From assembly GCA_964016885.1 (NCBI GenBank), contig OZ024740.1:340380001-340444000 (forward strand): 64,000 nt of DNA, in the 5' to 3' direction. Each line of letters begins with the position of its first letter. Positions within the stretch are counted from its first letter, which is position 1. This document shows positions 1 to 13,693 of the stretch, piece by piece. A program made the position numbers and the translations under genes. Under the pieces are notes generated by a model. That model saw nothing but the letters and a program-made list of their open reading frames with translations. It had not been told where the DNA came from and did not search any database. Source of the stretch: Eledone cirrhosa (lineage: Eukaryota).

Positions 1-724
1 AATCATTTTGACTCTAATAACTCTGCCAATTCACGACCTTCATGTAGAAGAATAATTGTTGTACTTTGGTCATGATAAAATATCATAAACTGATGGTAGA
101 TAAGTTTCTATGTAGTTGCTTGACCTAGTAGAAATAGCAACCAAATTTCCCTCAAATCATACTCTACAAAAGGTGGTAAAGAATTCAATGACATTACATA
201 CAATGTCTGAAAACAAGATGGGTTGGTCATGGTTGGACAACTTTGGATTTTTTACAATTCTGCATACAATTAGATTTAATATTTGTCTGTTTATTAATTT
301 TGTCAAAATTGTGTTATTAACTTTTTGTGAGCGTATTTCTAATGAAATACTATTTCAATTAATTAAAGAATTTTAAGAGATTTACTAAAATTATTAATTA
401 TTTCATTACTAAGATAGTAACCTAACATATAGTTCTTGTAGCTTTGTTTCATAGAACCAGAACCAGTTTTAGCTGGGTTGGTATCAAAAGAGTTAATTAA
501 TGTGTCACAAAAATAAATATTTTTAAAAAACATGTTACCAATGTGAAAAGTTGTGAAAACTCTGATCTAATGTATCCTTTTTATTTTTAAGATGATTGGG
601 TGTGATTCGAGAAATTTAAATGCTACTTGTGACAGGTCAAACAACCAAATAGGAGTCCCTTTATTTGGCTTGTTAGTCTACATGATGTAGCTGATGCTAG
701 AGTATATAGAATGAAACCTATTAA

Positions 725-887
725 GTCTACCTCCCTAGTAGTCTACAGTAGAATGCAAAGAGCCAGAACAAATATTGCCACTAAAATTTTGATTGCTCCA
801 TTACGAGCACTTTATTTTATTGACTTAAAAAGATAAAAAGCAAAGTTGAACTCTGGGTTTTGAACTCAATACTATATGTAAGGCATT
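725..887. repeat. Left arm of a ~163-bp inverted duplication (partner at 6095-6257)
   Basis: gtctacctccctagtagtctacag...tatgtaaggcatt is the reverse complement of 6095-6257, with about 5 mismatches. Confidence 0.9.
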
Positions 888-917
888 ATAAAGATCCTGC
901 TATATATATATATATAG

Positions 918-2030
918 GCGACGGATGAAATCTGTGGCTGGAGCACACCATTAGGCAGGAGGAGAGTGACATGGTGGTGGAACAGTAAGGTGGAGGAGTC
1001 AATCAAGGGCAAAAAGCAGGCTTGGAAAGAATGGCAGGATAGGGGTAGTAGAGAACTCTATTGGGTGGCTAAGGAAGAAGCTAGGCAACAAGTATACTTT
1101 GCAAAAAGGCAAGCAATGGAGATGTCCTGGATAGAGGATACTATCTCCTTCAACTGCCCAGATGGTTCTATAGAAATAGTAGACACTTTCTGTTACCTGG
1201 ATAATAAAATCAGCAGTGGAGGAGGATGTTCTGAAAGTACAGTATCCAGAGTTAGAATGGGATGGAATAAGTTCGGAGAGCTAATATCGTCGTTGGCCAC
1301 AAAGGGTTTTTCTCTAAAAATAAAAGGCTGATTGTATGATGCTTGTATATGAACGGCAACATTACATGGTAGTGAGACCTGGGCGTTGTGTGCAGAACAC
1401 TTGGGTAGATTAGAAAGAAATGAAGCTTGCATGCTCTAATGGATATGTAATAGTAATGTATGCGAATGGCAAAGCATAAACAAATTGAGAGAGACTAAAC
1501 AAAAGAAGTATCAAATGTTGTGTGCAGGAGAGGAGATTGCATTGGTATGGACATGTGATGTGTATGAAGGACAACAGCTATATAGAAAAGTGCAGAGCGA
1601 TCAAAATTAATGGAAGCTACGGAGTAGGTAGACCAAGAAAAGCATGGAACGAAGTGATAAAAACTGACCATGCACACTTACAACTCTCTAAGACTATGTC
1701 ACTGGATCGAGATCTTTGGTGCTATGGTGTATACATACAAACTTAAACCTACTGTTAGTAGGCACCCCACTCCCTCCCATTTCCATCCACTGTAAAGTGG
1801 TCGTGTAGGTGACACGACAAAAAGCACCCAGTCCACACTGTAAAGTGGTCGTGTAAGAGACATGATAAAAAGGCTCCCAGTCCACACTGTAAATGTGGTT
1901 GGTGTTAGGAAGGGCATCTAGCCGTAGAAAACCTACCAGAAGTAGTTCTGTACGAGCGAGACACGGTCTCCCGATCAATCTCACCTCAAGTGTTAGCGTG
2001 GAAGATGGATGTTAAACGATAAAAATGATC
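918..2030 (+). mobile_element. RTE-clade LINE, degenerate and internally deleted copy with 3' UTR
   Basis: ORF pieces TWWWNSKVEESIK..., SFNCPDGSIEIVDTF..., ERRLHWYGHV match the long RTE copies. The RT core is missing. Ends with gatggatgttaaacgat tail and starts next to (TA)n. Confidence 0.9.
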
Positions 2031-2037
2031 GTATAAT

Positions 2038-5000
2038 CATCATCATCATCATCATCATCATCGTTTAACGTCCATCTTCCACGCTAGCATGGGTTTGGAC
2101 GGGAATTTTCCCAGTTGAGACAAGATTGGTTGTCTTGCTCGTATAGGACTGTCTGGCGGGTTTTCTACGGCTGGATGCCCCTCCTAACACCAACCACGTT
2201 TACAGTGTGGACTGGGAGGTTTTTACCGTGTTACCTACACGGCCACATTACAGTGTGGACTGTGTTTTTTTGTCGTGACACCTACACGACCTCATTTGTT
2301 TTGGACTGGATGTTGTGGTACCAACATAACTTTACATTGGAAGGGGTGGTGTGGATGGGACGGGGGTGTATTTTTGTTAGAGGTGCCTACTGACTGTAGG
2401 TTTCGCTTTGTACTTAGGTAAGGCGGGTCTTCTGTATTACTGTGTAGCGCCAAAGATCTCGGTCCAGTGACATTGTCTTGGAGAGGTGTAAGTGTGTGAG
2501 GTCGGAATTTATCAAGTCCCAGGTTTTTATGGGTCTGCCTACTCCGTGGCTACCGTCTATTTTTATCGCCCTGCACTTTTTTATACAGCTGTCGTCTTTC
2601 ATGCGCATCACGTGACCGTACCAACGTAGTCTTCTCTCGAGTAAACAGCATCTGATCCCTCTTATTCCTAATTTCTCCCTTAGTTCGTTTATGCTTTGCC
2701 GTTCACGTATATTAATATTACACATCCAGCGGAGCATGCAAGCTTCGTTCCTCTCCAGTCTGCGTATATCCTCTGCACACAATGCCCAGGTCTCACTGCC
2801 ATGCAACATTGCTGTTCGTATGCAGGCATCATACAGCCTGCCTTTCATTTTTAGAGAGAACCCTTTAGTGGCCAATAGTGGTATAAGCTCTCTGAACTTT
2901 TTCCATCCAGTTCTGACACAAGCTACTGTACTTTCAGAGCACCCTCCACCACTGCTGATTTTGTCACCCAGGTAACGGAAGGTGTCCACTATTTCTATAG
3001 AACCATCTGTGCAATGGAATGAGCTAGTAATCTGTGGGCACTTGCTGCTACTTATTGCACCAGAGCACCGGCCACATATAAAATCTATATTCTTAGTTAG
3101 CTTACCTGTGATCCCACTACATCTTTTATGCACCCATACTTTGCATTTGGGACATAAAATGGAGTTTCTGCCTACTCCTTTCCTACACACTGAGCATGGC
3201 CATTTCCCAGATGGGACTGGTGCCCTATTTTCCTTCCTACAAACTAGAACTTTAGTCTTAGACAGGTTAATTTTAAGGCCTTTTGATTCTAGGCCATGCT
3301 TCCATATTTGGAATTTCTTCTCTAGTTCGGCCATTGATTCAGCTATGAGCGTTAGATCATCTGCGTATAGGAGTTCCCATGGGCAGCCGGTCTTGAACTC
3401 CTGTGTTCTAGCCTGAAGGGCAATAATAAATAGGAGGGGGCTAAGGACGGAGCCCTGATGAACACCAACTTTTACGCTAAACTCTTCACTATATTCGTTG
3501 TTAATTCTAACCTTGTTGACTGTTTCTCTATACATGGCTTGTATAGCTCTCACAAGCCATTCATCTACACCTAGTTTTCTAAGAGCCCACCAGATAATAG
3601 AGCGGGGGACTCTGTCAAAGGCTTTCTCCAAGTCAACAAAAGCTAAGTATAGGGGGTTTACTTTTAGCTCGGTACTTCTCCTGTAGTTGTCGTACAATGA
3701 AAAGAGCGTCTGTGGTACTTTTACCTAACACAAACCCGAAAATCTAGATCAATTCGCTCTCTGATTAGTTGCACTATTACTTTTTCTGTGACCTTCATGA
3801 CCTGGTCGATTAATTTAATGCCTCTATAGTTACTCCTATCTAGAGCATCTCCTTTACCCTTGTAGCAGTTAATGATGATGCTGCTACGCCAGTCCTTCGG
3901 AACGACCCCATTCTGTATGACTTGGTTTACTATCCGGGTGACCACAGTGTGTCCCACCATTCCAGATGCTTTCAGCATCTATTTCCGAAGGCCCAGCCAC
4001 CTTACCCGTCTTCATATCTTTGATTGCCTTACTTATTATACTACCTTCAACTAGCACTGCTGGTTTCTCTATTGGATCGATGTGGGGGAGACTGTCTTTC
4101 TCCCAATTATTCTCCTCATTTAGTAGCCTTTCGTAGTGACACTTCCAAGCTACCTTCTTATCAGCATCAGTGATGGCAAGTACACCATCATCATTAAGGA
4201 CACACTTCTCCCCGACAATATCACGGTTTTCCTTGACATATTGCCTAGCAATCCTGAACACCTCACGTTTTGGGTCCTCGCGTTGTAGAACATGCTTGAA
4301 CTTTCTTTCCTCTGCTTCCCTTCTTGCGAAGTACACTTGTCTCCTAGCTTCCCTCCTGGCCACTTGATAGTCTTCTCTACTTCCCCCATCCCGCCATACT
4401 TTCCAAGCCTGCTTTTTGGCCTTAATTGATTCCTCCACCACCACGTTACTCTCCTCCTGCCTATAGGCCTGCTGCAGCCACAAACATCATCTGCCGCCTT
4501 CAGCAGGTTAGCTTTCAGGAATTCCCACTCTTCCTCTATATTGTACGATTCTAATTGCTCTTCCTTACTGTCAAAAGCAACAAGTAATATGCTTTTAAAT
4601 TTATTACTGGATGTGGGGTCCTTTCGCTTCCATATTTTTCTCCTGAGGATAGTCCTCCTCTGTTGTCGAGTACGTCTTGTCCTGACTACGAGGTCGCTGA
4701 CTATGAGTCTATGTTGGGCGGTGCATTCTTCATGGGAGAAGGATTTAGTGTTTACAACAGACACTCTATCACGTCTTCTGGTAAGGATATAATCTATCTG
4801 ACTGGCGTGTTCCCCTGATCTATAGGTGATCAAGTGATTGTCTCGTTTTTTGAAGTTAGTGTTACAGACAGTTAGGTTATTTGCGTCACAGAATTGCAGG
4901 ATTCTGGAGCCTTCCTCATTTCTAGTACCAAACCCATAGCCTCCATGGATTCAGTCATAGCCATCACAATGTTGTCCAACGTGACCATTTAAGTCGCCAG

Positions 5001-5545
5001 CAATAATTATGTAGTCACTGTCGGTTATTTGGGAGGTAGTGAGCATCAATGTCTCATAGAATCTGTCTTTTATAACGCCAGGCCGTCCGGATTGGGGTGC
5101 GTACGCAGATATTACTGTCACAGTAGTTCTATTTAGGACAAGTCTTATTTTAATTATACTGTCGTTCACTCTATTTACGTCTATTATCTTATCTACCCAT
5201 TTTTCTGCTAACATGATTCCTACCCCACCCAGCCCATTGTCATTTCCCACCCAGAAAAGCTTATAGCATCATTTTTTACCCACAATGAATCTAGCAGACC
5301 CACCCCTCCACCTGGTCTCTTGAATACAGCAAACATCAACCTCCTTACGTTCAAGCATTTCTACAACCTCGTTAGAACGACCTTTTAAGGTGCCTACATT
5401 CATGGTACCAACTCTGAAGTTTTGGATTGCGTTTGGTGGGTGGGAACGGTGGGGCACGGGGAGGGGACTGGGGTTGGGGTTATGTTCGCCATCCGCGGCC
5501 GAAATAAAGAGGAGTCCTTGCCTTTTCATCCGGCAGCATGAGGTG
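2038..5545 (-). mobile_element. Near full-length RTE LINE (APE endonuclease + RT with PHD finger), disabled by frameshifts and stops
   Basis: APE motifs RVGTMNVGTL, CIQETRW, SAYAPQ, AGDLNGHVG, SQIDYIL. RT motifs FVDLEKAFDRV, GVHQGSVLSPLLF, LLYADD, FRYLG, RRLRWYGHV. (GAT)n tail at 2038-2062. ORF split into 6 pieces. Confidence 0.97.
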
Positions 5546-5587
5546 AATTTGTCTTTATCTTTGGCATTGTCACTGAGTATAATATAT

Positions 5588-5985
5588 AATGAAAATTATT
5601 GTGTACAGTGCTCAGGTGCACTACAACTCATCAAAGGTGCATGTATAATACATAGTATAATGTACAAATATCAGGAAAGTGAACAATGTATGAGTCATGA
5701 TACACACACAGATACATGTATGCATGTGTATGGAGGGGGATTTTCAGGTGTAGTGTTGGCGAATTTCGGGAAACATGGAAGTTTTGAAGGATGCAGTGTC
5801 CTGAGAGCTAACAACTGATGCAGGTAGTCTGTTCCATGCTTCAGCAACTCTGGGCGTGAAAAAATGTTTCCGAAAGTCATGGGAGCTGTACTGTTTTCTG
5901 ATTATATATAACAACACACCAGTTCCTCTCTTCACATGCTGAGGTGGACTTGGAGCTGTAAAACTAATCTCTGTTAGTAACACTC
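5588..5985 (-). mobile_element. CR1/L2-type LINE 3' fragment
   Basis: RKHFFTPRVAEAWNRLPASVVSSQDTASFK resembles the CR1 ORF2 C-terminus; second copy at 60588-60815. Confidence 0.8.
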
Positions 5986-6094
5986 TATATGATACAGAAT
6001 GGTCGTAATTGCATGTGACGGCATGACAAAAAAAGTATTAGATTATGTTTCAGAGTTAAATTTGGAATTAGATCCTTGCCTATACAAAGGACAA

Positions 6095-6257
6095 AATGCC
6101 TTACATATAGTATTCGGTTCAAAACCCAGAGTTCAACTTTGCTTTTTATCTTTTTAAGTCAATAAAATAAAGCGCTGGTAATGGAGCAATCAAATTTTTA
6201 GTGGCAGTATTTGTTCTGGCTCTTTGCATTCTACTGTAGACTACTAGGGAGGTAGAC
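6095..6257. repeat. Right arm of the inverted duplication (partner at 725-887)
   Basis: Direct reverse-complement match. Confidence 0.9.
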
Positions 6258-7022
6258 AATCTGTTTCCCAGTTTAACATCACTGCTTTAATTCCGAGTGC
6301 CTTTAGTGGGATTTACTCTTTTGTAAGTATTTGGACTAGGTTTCCAGTTTTAGGATACTTTCCTTAGTCTCGGTGACCATGAAAAGGGTTATGGGTTCTG
6401 CCTATTTTCTCCTGACTAAACAGTTAACAAAACAAAAAAAAAAAAAAAAGGCTCCTCATATATAATTAATGATTTCCAGTGAACCCTCCACAAGAATATC
6501 ACACTGGCATGGAATCTTTTATCAATATACTCTAACCATTAGCCCCACTATGTTGTTAAGTGCTTGGTGATAGGAAGGACATTTAACTGTAAAACTCAGG
6601 GGGTAAATAATACATGACATACACAACAACTATTGATAGATTTCTTTGTTGCTGTGTCTAATTGTATCAAGTGGTGAGACCTGTTGGAATAGTTCCATCT
6701 AAACCATGCAAAAACCAAGGTAAAATGATAATTGTTGAACACTTTTTTTTTAAATCCTTTTAGGGATCTTTTGTTAAGAGTAAATTATGTATCTATAACA
6801 AATTGCTACCAAATTAAGTATTTCTTAAACAGTGTTTCGAATAACGTTCTTTCCTGTCAGGCTAATAAAAGTGGAGCAAAGGCGAGTTAACAAATTTTAT
6901 AACATGAAAAATTATTTGTACTACTTTTTGCCGAAGCAGAAAAACATCCCCCCGCATTCTACTGCTTTACATAAATCATAGAATATGATTTACACTATAC
7001 AATGGCTAATATTATTTCTTTA

Positions 7023-7127
7023 CCCGCCAAGGTTAACTTTGCCTTTCATCCTTACGCAGTCGATAAAATAAAGTACCAGTAATACACTGGGTAATTGCTG
7101 GCCTTGTGCCAAAAGTAGAAACAATTA
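7023..7127 (+). mobile_element. 5'-truncated tRNA-derived SINE (family A)
   Basis: ggttaactttgcctttcatcc...aaagtaccagtaatacactgggtaattgctggccttgtgccaaaagtagaaacaattatt, shared with 30500-30962. Confidence 0.85.
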
Positions 7128-9989
7128 TTTTTTTAATGCTTAAACGTGAGATGAGTTCTTAAAATTACAGATTATCAGACAATTAACATCATCTTCCATC
7201 ATTTTAATGTTTTTTTCCATGTTTGCAATCCTCTACTTATTTCTTTCCTTTGGGAGGTTCCACATCATGAGATATGCTTTCCTCCCTTCTTCATGAGTAT
7301 TCCTCGGCCAATCTCTACCTCTTTCTTCCAATTTAATTCTATCATTACTTATACATCTACATGTTCCAATTTCTTGATCATCAATTGTCTTCTTTAATAT
7401 GTAAATTGTCGAGGACTGGAGTCAAACTGGGAACCTTTATAAACTAAAAGATAATATTGACAGTTTTCTTTTTCTTCTTTCTTTTACTGTATAATCCAAG
7501 TACTTAAGGCCTCAAAAGTACTTAATCTGGCTTTGGAAAACGGTATTCTCAAATCAGTCCAAATGCTTGCAAGAGCGGACTGCACCAAAGAACCAGATGG
7601 TGGAGTTAAAGCAAGCAACGGATTAAGGTCCTTAATTTCTTTCATTTGAAGAAAATTTGAATTTATTTTACAGATGCCACCTCTCACAATAAAATATTGG
7701 TTTACACAACATAATATATGTAACTATTATAGAGGATTGAAAGAGAAAATTTACAATGGATAAGAAATAATTCATCAAGGAAAATATATTCAACACCAGC
7801 TATTTAGTTTGTTAAGTCATTCAACCTGCAATCATGTGTTGGAAGCAAAACAATTACAACATAGTTGTCATTGTAGCCACAAAAAACACTCTATTGTAAT
7901 TTATCAACCATAATACACCATGTGTTTGTATATTTATATATACCCATCTACAACTCTTTAAAGTTTACATGCACAAATATCTTGTATCAGTTATCTTGTT
8001 ACAATAAAAGGTTTGCTTTCTAATCATGAGATCCTCAGTTCTAACTTTACATTTGCCCTGTAAATAGTTCTTTCTCCAAAGTTACTCATACATTTAATCC
8101 TATATCTCATTTGACATATATGCTAAACATTTATGTAATTATATCCTAGAAATAAATTAAAATATAACTTTAATCACTTTGTGTGAGTAATCAAAATTAA
8201 CTATAGTGCTTCTCTTATGTAAACTATTAATTTATCCAAATGCAAGATTTATGAGTCAGTTTTTCATTAATATACATTTACAACTTAGGACAGTAGAATA
8301 TCATTGACTAAAAAGAATCTGTAGGTTGATAAAATCTAAAAGACTTTCTAAAATGTTTGAGGATGTACATTATAAGAATAAATGTAATGCTGCTGCTTCA
8401 ATTGTTTTTGTTTTTGTTTTTTTAAATCTGTAATATTACTGTACTAAGGACTATATATGTAGCACTTAGATATTTTTAGCATACACACTTTGTTTATTGG
8501 GATTGTGGGTTCAAGTCCAGCCTTCTACACATTTCTGATATGAAAATAAGGATGTAGTACACTAAATTAAGATTTGTTAAAGTGTTGTTGGTACAGTTAT
8601 ACTGCAGTCGAATATTTTAGATAATCGATTTCATTCCATAATAAAAATTAAAACATTTGATCAGTTATCCCATCAAAAAAGATTATGCAATGGAATAAGA
8701 AAGAAGATTACTAACCCAAACAATGCCTTTACAGAACCAATAGAAAGAAGCCGATTTACTTAGGCAACTGGGTTTTATTTTCCCTATTACTGATACTATA
8801 TGTTCTTTGCAACTCCTGACAGAAGTATTACCATTTTTACATTGACAAGAGTCAAGATTTGAGCTCCTGACCTTGAAAAGATGAAAGACAAATCTGAACA
8901 AATGCCACAAAGCACCCTATGATTCTTTGTCTAGAAGTAAAGTAATATTAGAAGTTTTAATTTACCTTTCATTTTAGATCAGTTTCCAATACATTTAACA
9001 TTTTCAATAACGATAAACAAGTACAAGTTTCAAGAAAGTTGCATTATTTTTGTGCCATAACAAAAAGCAGTCTACCCTGTAAGGTGGTAGTGCTGGTTCA
9101 ACAGAAAAGCTTCCAATACACGCTGTAAAAATGGTTGGTGTTAGGAAAGGCATCAAGTGTTAAAAAAAAATACAGGAACAAATGTCATGACTTAACCCAT
9201 GCAAGCATAGAAAATAGATGTTCTATGTAGCTCTTTCTAGAGTGTGTTCACTTCTATCTTGGAATTATGTCACATAATCTGACATGGTTGCTACGTTTGG
9301 ATACCCTTCTCTAACACCAACCACTTTAGGATGTGGTTAATTTGTATATTATTTTATAAGTTTTGTGGTTTATGTAGAATACAAACGTATGCTAGTTTTC
9401 TGCTTCTCTTGTTATTTTCTTGGTAAATCTCTGTTGTGTATAGTGATGGAGCATTGAGTATGAGGTTCAGCCTTGTTTTTATCAAGTTGACTATTTCAAT
9501 TGTGTAATTAGGGTTATATTTATGTTACTTAGTGAGATCCGATAAGTTTTCATAAACATCTACAATTACTTTGTTGCATATAAGATTTCAAGTATCACTG
9601 TGGGCAGAAGTTCACTTACAACCCACATGCTTATGGGCAAAAGTTTTCTACTGTGTTCTATGACTGAAAACAGATAAACTGTGAGGAAGTCCTTCATATC
9701 ATTTTCATTGTTTTTATGTTCACTTTTTCATTCAGTTACAGGTTAGTAAGACTTATCAGAAGCAGTTTTTCTACAGCTGACACCAACCTATATTTTATTT
9801 TCAGATATCCAGTTGTAAAACATTGCCTAAAAATGCCCCATCCAACATGTGCCAGCATTGAAAAAAATTGTCATAAAAATACTGAGTAATGGTATTGTTC
9901 AGCTGTGGGACATAAACAATACCATTTGCATTCAATAAGTATGCAGGGACCGACATACACACACACATACATGTATGTATGTATGTATA

Positions 9990-11485
9990 TCATCATCATT
10001 TAACATCCATCTTCCACGCTAGCATGGGTTAGACGGGTTTGTCCCACTTGAGGCAAGATTGGTCGGGTGACCGTGTCTCACTTGTAGAGAACAGTATCTG
10101 GCTGGATGCCCTTCCTAAAGTCAACCATATTTACAATGAGGACAGCCTTTTTACCGTGTCACCTACACGACCACATTAGTGTGGACTGGTTGTTCTGTGG
10201 TACCAACATAACTTTACAGAGAAAGGGTGGTGTGGGCAGGAGTAGGGTGTATTTTGGGTTATGAGGTGCTTACTGACTGTAGGTTTAAGCTCATACGTAT
10301 GGGAAGGCGGGTCTTCTGTATTACTGCATAGCACCAAAGATCTTGATCCAGTGACATTGTCTTAGAGAGGTGTAAGTGTGCAAGGTTAGATTTTATCACC
10401 TCGTCCCAGGTTTTTCTGGGTCACCTACTCTGTAGCTTCCATCAATTTTGATCGCCCTGCACTTTTGTTATACAGCTGTCCTTCTTACGCATCATATGAC
10501 CATACCAACATAATCTCCTTTCAAGTAAACTGCATCTGATGCCTCTTATTCCTAATTTCTCACTTTGTTCGTTTACATTTTGCCGTTCATGTATACTCCT
10601 ATTACACATCCATTGGAGCATGCATGTTTTGTTCCTTTCCAATCTGTGCAGGTCCTCTGCACACAATGCCCAGGTCTCACTGCCATGTAACATTGCTGTT
10701 TGTCTACAAGCATCATACAATCTACCTTTTGTGGCCAACAGCAATTAGCTCTGAACTTTTTCCACCCTATTCTAACTCTAGCTACTGTACTTTCAGAGCA
10801 CCCTCCTCCACTGCTGATTTTGTCACCAGGTAACGGAAGGTGTCTACTATTTTTATAGAACCATCTGGGCAGTTGAAGGAGCTAGTATTTAGTGGGCACT
10901 TGCTACTTGCTGCATCTGAGCATGGGCCACATATAAAATCTACATTCTTAGATAGCTTGCCTGTGATCTCGCTACATCTTTTATGTACCCATTTGGGGCA
11001 CAGAATGGAATTTCTACCTTCTCCTTTCCTAACACTGAGCATTGCCGTTTCCCAAAGGGCACCTGTGTCCTATTTTCCTTTCTACATAATAGAACTTTAG
11101 TCTTAGACAAGTTAACTTTAAGGCCTTTTGATTCTAGGCCATGCTTCCACGTTTGGAATTTCTTCTCTAGTTCAGCCATAGATTCAGCTATGAGAGTTAG
11201 ATCATCTGCATATAGACGTTCCCATGGGTAGCCAGTCTTAAACTCTTATGTTATAGCCTGTAGGGCAATAATAAACAGGAGGGGGCTAAGGACGGAGCCT
11301 TGGTGAACACCTACTTTTACGCTAAATTCTTCACTATATTCATTGTTACGGACACAATTCTCCCCGACAATACCACTATTTTCTTTGACACGTCTCGCAA
11401 TCTTGAACACCTCACGTTTTTGGTCCTTGCTTTGAAGAGCATGCTTGAACTTTCTATCCTCTGCTTCCCTTCTACAAAGTACACT
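9990..11485 (-). mobile_element. RTE LINE, degenerate and internally deleted
   Basis: GVHQGSVLSPLLF, MAELEKKFQTWKHG, eroded PHD and AMLHGSETW fragments; (CAT)n tail at about 9990. Confidence 0.92.
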
Positions 11486-11515
11486 TGTACTTATACACAC
11501 AAACTAATAGGATTT

Positions 11516-11625
11516 CTTACAGTTTTCACATACTAAATTTACTCGAGACATAGGTCACCCTAAGACGTATAGTAGAAGGTACATACTCAAGGTGTTATTC
11601 TTTGAATTGAACCCAGAACCACACA
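11516..11625 (-). mobile_element. tRNA-derived SINE (family B), degenerate
   Basis: Similar to 16155-16285 and 57745-57896; B-box-like gggttcaattc on the minus strand. Confidence 0.5.
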
Positions 11626-12205
11626 TTCCCATATATAATACATATCCTAAGGGAGTGTAACTTAGGTGAAAATGAATACCAAAGACTTCGGCTTCATATA
11701 AGGCTGTTGTGCAATGACTAAAAACAGTAAAAGAAAAAAATATATATACTGCAGTATATATATGATGAATTCAACATTGCTGAATTCTGAAGGATTGTGG
11801 TTCCATTGTTTTGTTCGTTTGATTGATTTTTAAAATATATAACTGAATTTCAATAAAGAATTTTTTACCTTGCTTCCTTCAACTAATTTTTTAATAATAA
11901 ACATCTACAACTTAAAGCAGAAAAACCTATGTAAATTTAAAAACAAATAATCTTGAAACTTTCTTTTATTGGTGATGCTATCAGCACAATTACCTTATGA
12001 TTAAATAAATATTCATGGATATGATTAAGAAGACTACAAGAGTTGCTAACAATCAATACTATTCATACTCTCTAACAAAAATAACAACAAACAAAATTAT
12101 GCTTTAAAGATTCTTTAAAGATAAATCATAAGAAACACGCCTCTGCTAGAGAAATAATACGAAATTAGAAGAATGTACAAATGACCCAATTAAATTAAAC
12201 ACCAG

Positions 12206-12211
12206 TTTATT
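12206..12211 (-). terminator. COX4: Polyadenylation signal of COX4
   Basis: AATAAA on the minus strand about 75 nt downstream of the stop codon. Confidence 0.6.
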
Positions 12212-12286
12212 GTTAATGAATAACTTGCAAATGGTGTGAAGTCACTAAATATCATATATCTGAAGTTTGCCTAAGATACCACGTAA

Positions 12287-12423
12287 TTAATCCTTCCAAC
12301 GTTCATTTTCATAGTCATACTTAGAAGAAACACCTTCTATAGGGTTAACTCTTTGAGCTATCATTTGCTCCAACATAGCATCCTGCCACTCTTGAGTGAT
12401 GGTATGTGGAAGGGGTGGATACA
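12287..12423 (-). CDS. COX4: Cytochrome c oxidase subunit 4, coding exon 4 (last)
   Basis: tttacag acceptor; encodes (V)YPPLPHTITQEWQDAMLEQMIAQRVNPIEGVSSKYDYENERWKD*, the typical COX4 C-terminus (NPI.G.SSK.DY....WK). Phase is consistent. Confidence 0.96.
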
Positions 12424-12903
12424 CTGTAAAAGAACAAAAAATTCAGTCAAAATATTAACAATATCATTCAAATCTTTAAAATGAAGAGAAACAGTAAATT
12501 TCTTTATAAAAATAAATGAGATCATTGCAAGCTAAGATATCAAAAGTCAACACAGAACAATCTGATAACAAAACAAGAATGAAATTATCAGAGAGAAGTG
12601 AACATGTCATCATTTGGTCAAGTTTGCTTGGATTTTTCCTACTATCACACCACTCAATATGATCCCACAGAGTTTGGGATATCAGCAGGGCAATATTCAC
12701 TGTCTATACAGAGATGGATGATAAAGGCTTTTGCTAGACAATTGATCTATGAATACCTTTGTTCATGGGAAATTATCACTAACGAGTTCATGCTTAGGTC
12801 TCCAGCAATGTTCTGTAAAATACGTGTCCCTTCTCTAATGGCATCAGTGATTACAAAACGATTGACATACAGTCCTTGTTTCGTCAGATTGTCTTTCTAG
12901 AAC

Positions 12904-13135
12904 AGCGGTCGCCAACCGGTGGTCTGAGAGAAAATTTTGGGGGTCCGCAGAAAAATTTGAACAGTATTTGCAATTTTTATGTTTTATTAATAATAAAACA
13001 AAAATAATATTCAGTTAAAATATATTTTATAACCCTCCTAAAAAATGTTTTAATAGGTGCATTTCATTTTAGTAAAATGGAAGTTCTCTGATCATTTTAC
13101 AAATAAAAATTCATATTAGTGGTCCGTGAGGTCCA
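12904..13135. mobile_element. hAT-like DNA transposon terminus
   Basis: Starts cagcggtcgccaaccggtggtc, a hAT/Charlie-like TIR, with ggtcc subterminal motifs. The other end is not clearly seen. Confidence 0.45.
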
Positions 13136-13693
13136 CTGTTCAAGAAGATATTCAAAGTGAGACAATGTACAGGATTAGTGCTATCAAGCTTTGTCTCCAG
13201 CGGTTTTGTGAATGCCCAATACCACCAGTTATGATGCTCTACAAAAGCAGAAGAGCTGAAATGCAATTTACCTGATAGAGGTATCGTAAAAGATCATTTA
13301 ACAGTAATATGGACATTAGTTGCTTCATTATTTATGAGACATCTGATTGATAGTATATTTTTAACCCTTTCATGACTGCATTTCTAATGAAATGCACTAT
13401 TTTAATTAGTTAATGAAGATTTTTGAGGGATTTACTAAAATCATTGCGATAGTAATTAATGTAAGGTACTTATATAAAATCATATTGGAAGATTTTAATT
13501 TAAATTGGGTGGTTTTATTTCATAGAATCAGAGCCAGTTTTGGCCGGATTGGTAATTAATGGGTTATGGCAAGAAAATATATTTGAAAAATGTCTTTAGT
13601 AAAATTGTTAAGATTCTTAAGATTAACAGAACAAGGTCAATATTTTATTATAGTTGAGAACAGAACTAGGGGTTGTTCAACATAACATTTCTA

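Noticed and set aside
2691-3686. Plus-strand ORFs over the RTE (also 37746-38471 and 61905-63970)
   Set aside because: Antisense shadows of the RT frame.
7484-7687. Coding-like stretch, open on both strands
   Set aside because: No recognisable homology and no convincing splice-site pair.
8683-8960. Short ORF with protein-like composition
   Set aside because: Stops in the other frames, no motif and no splice sites.
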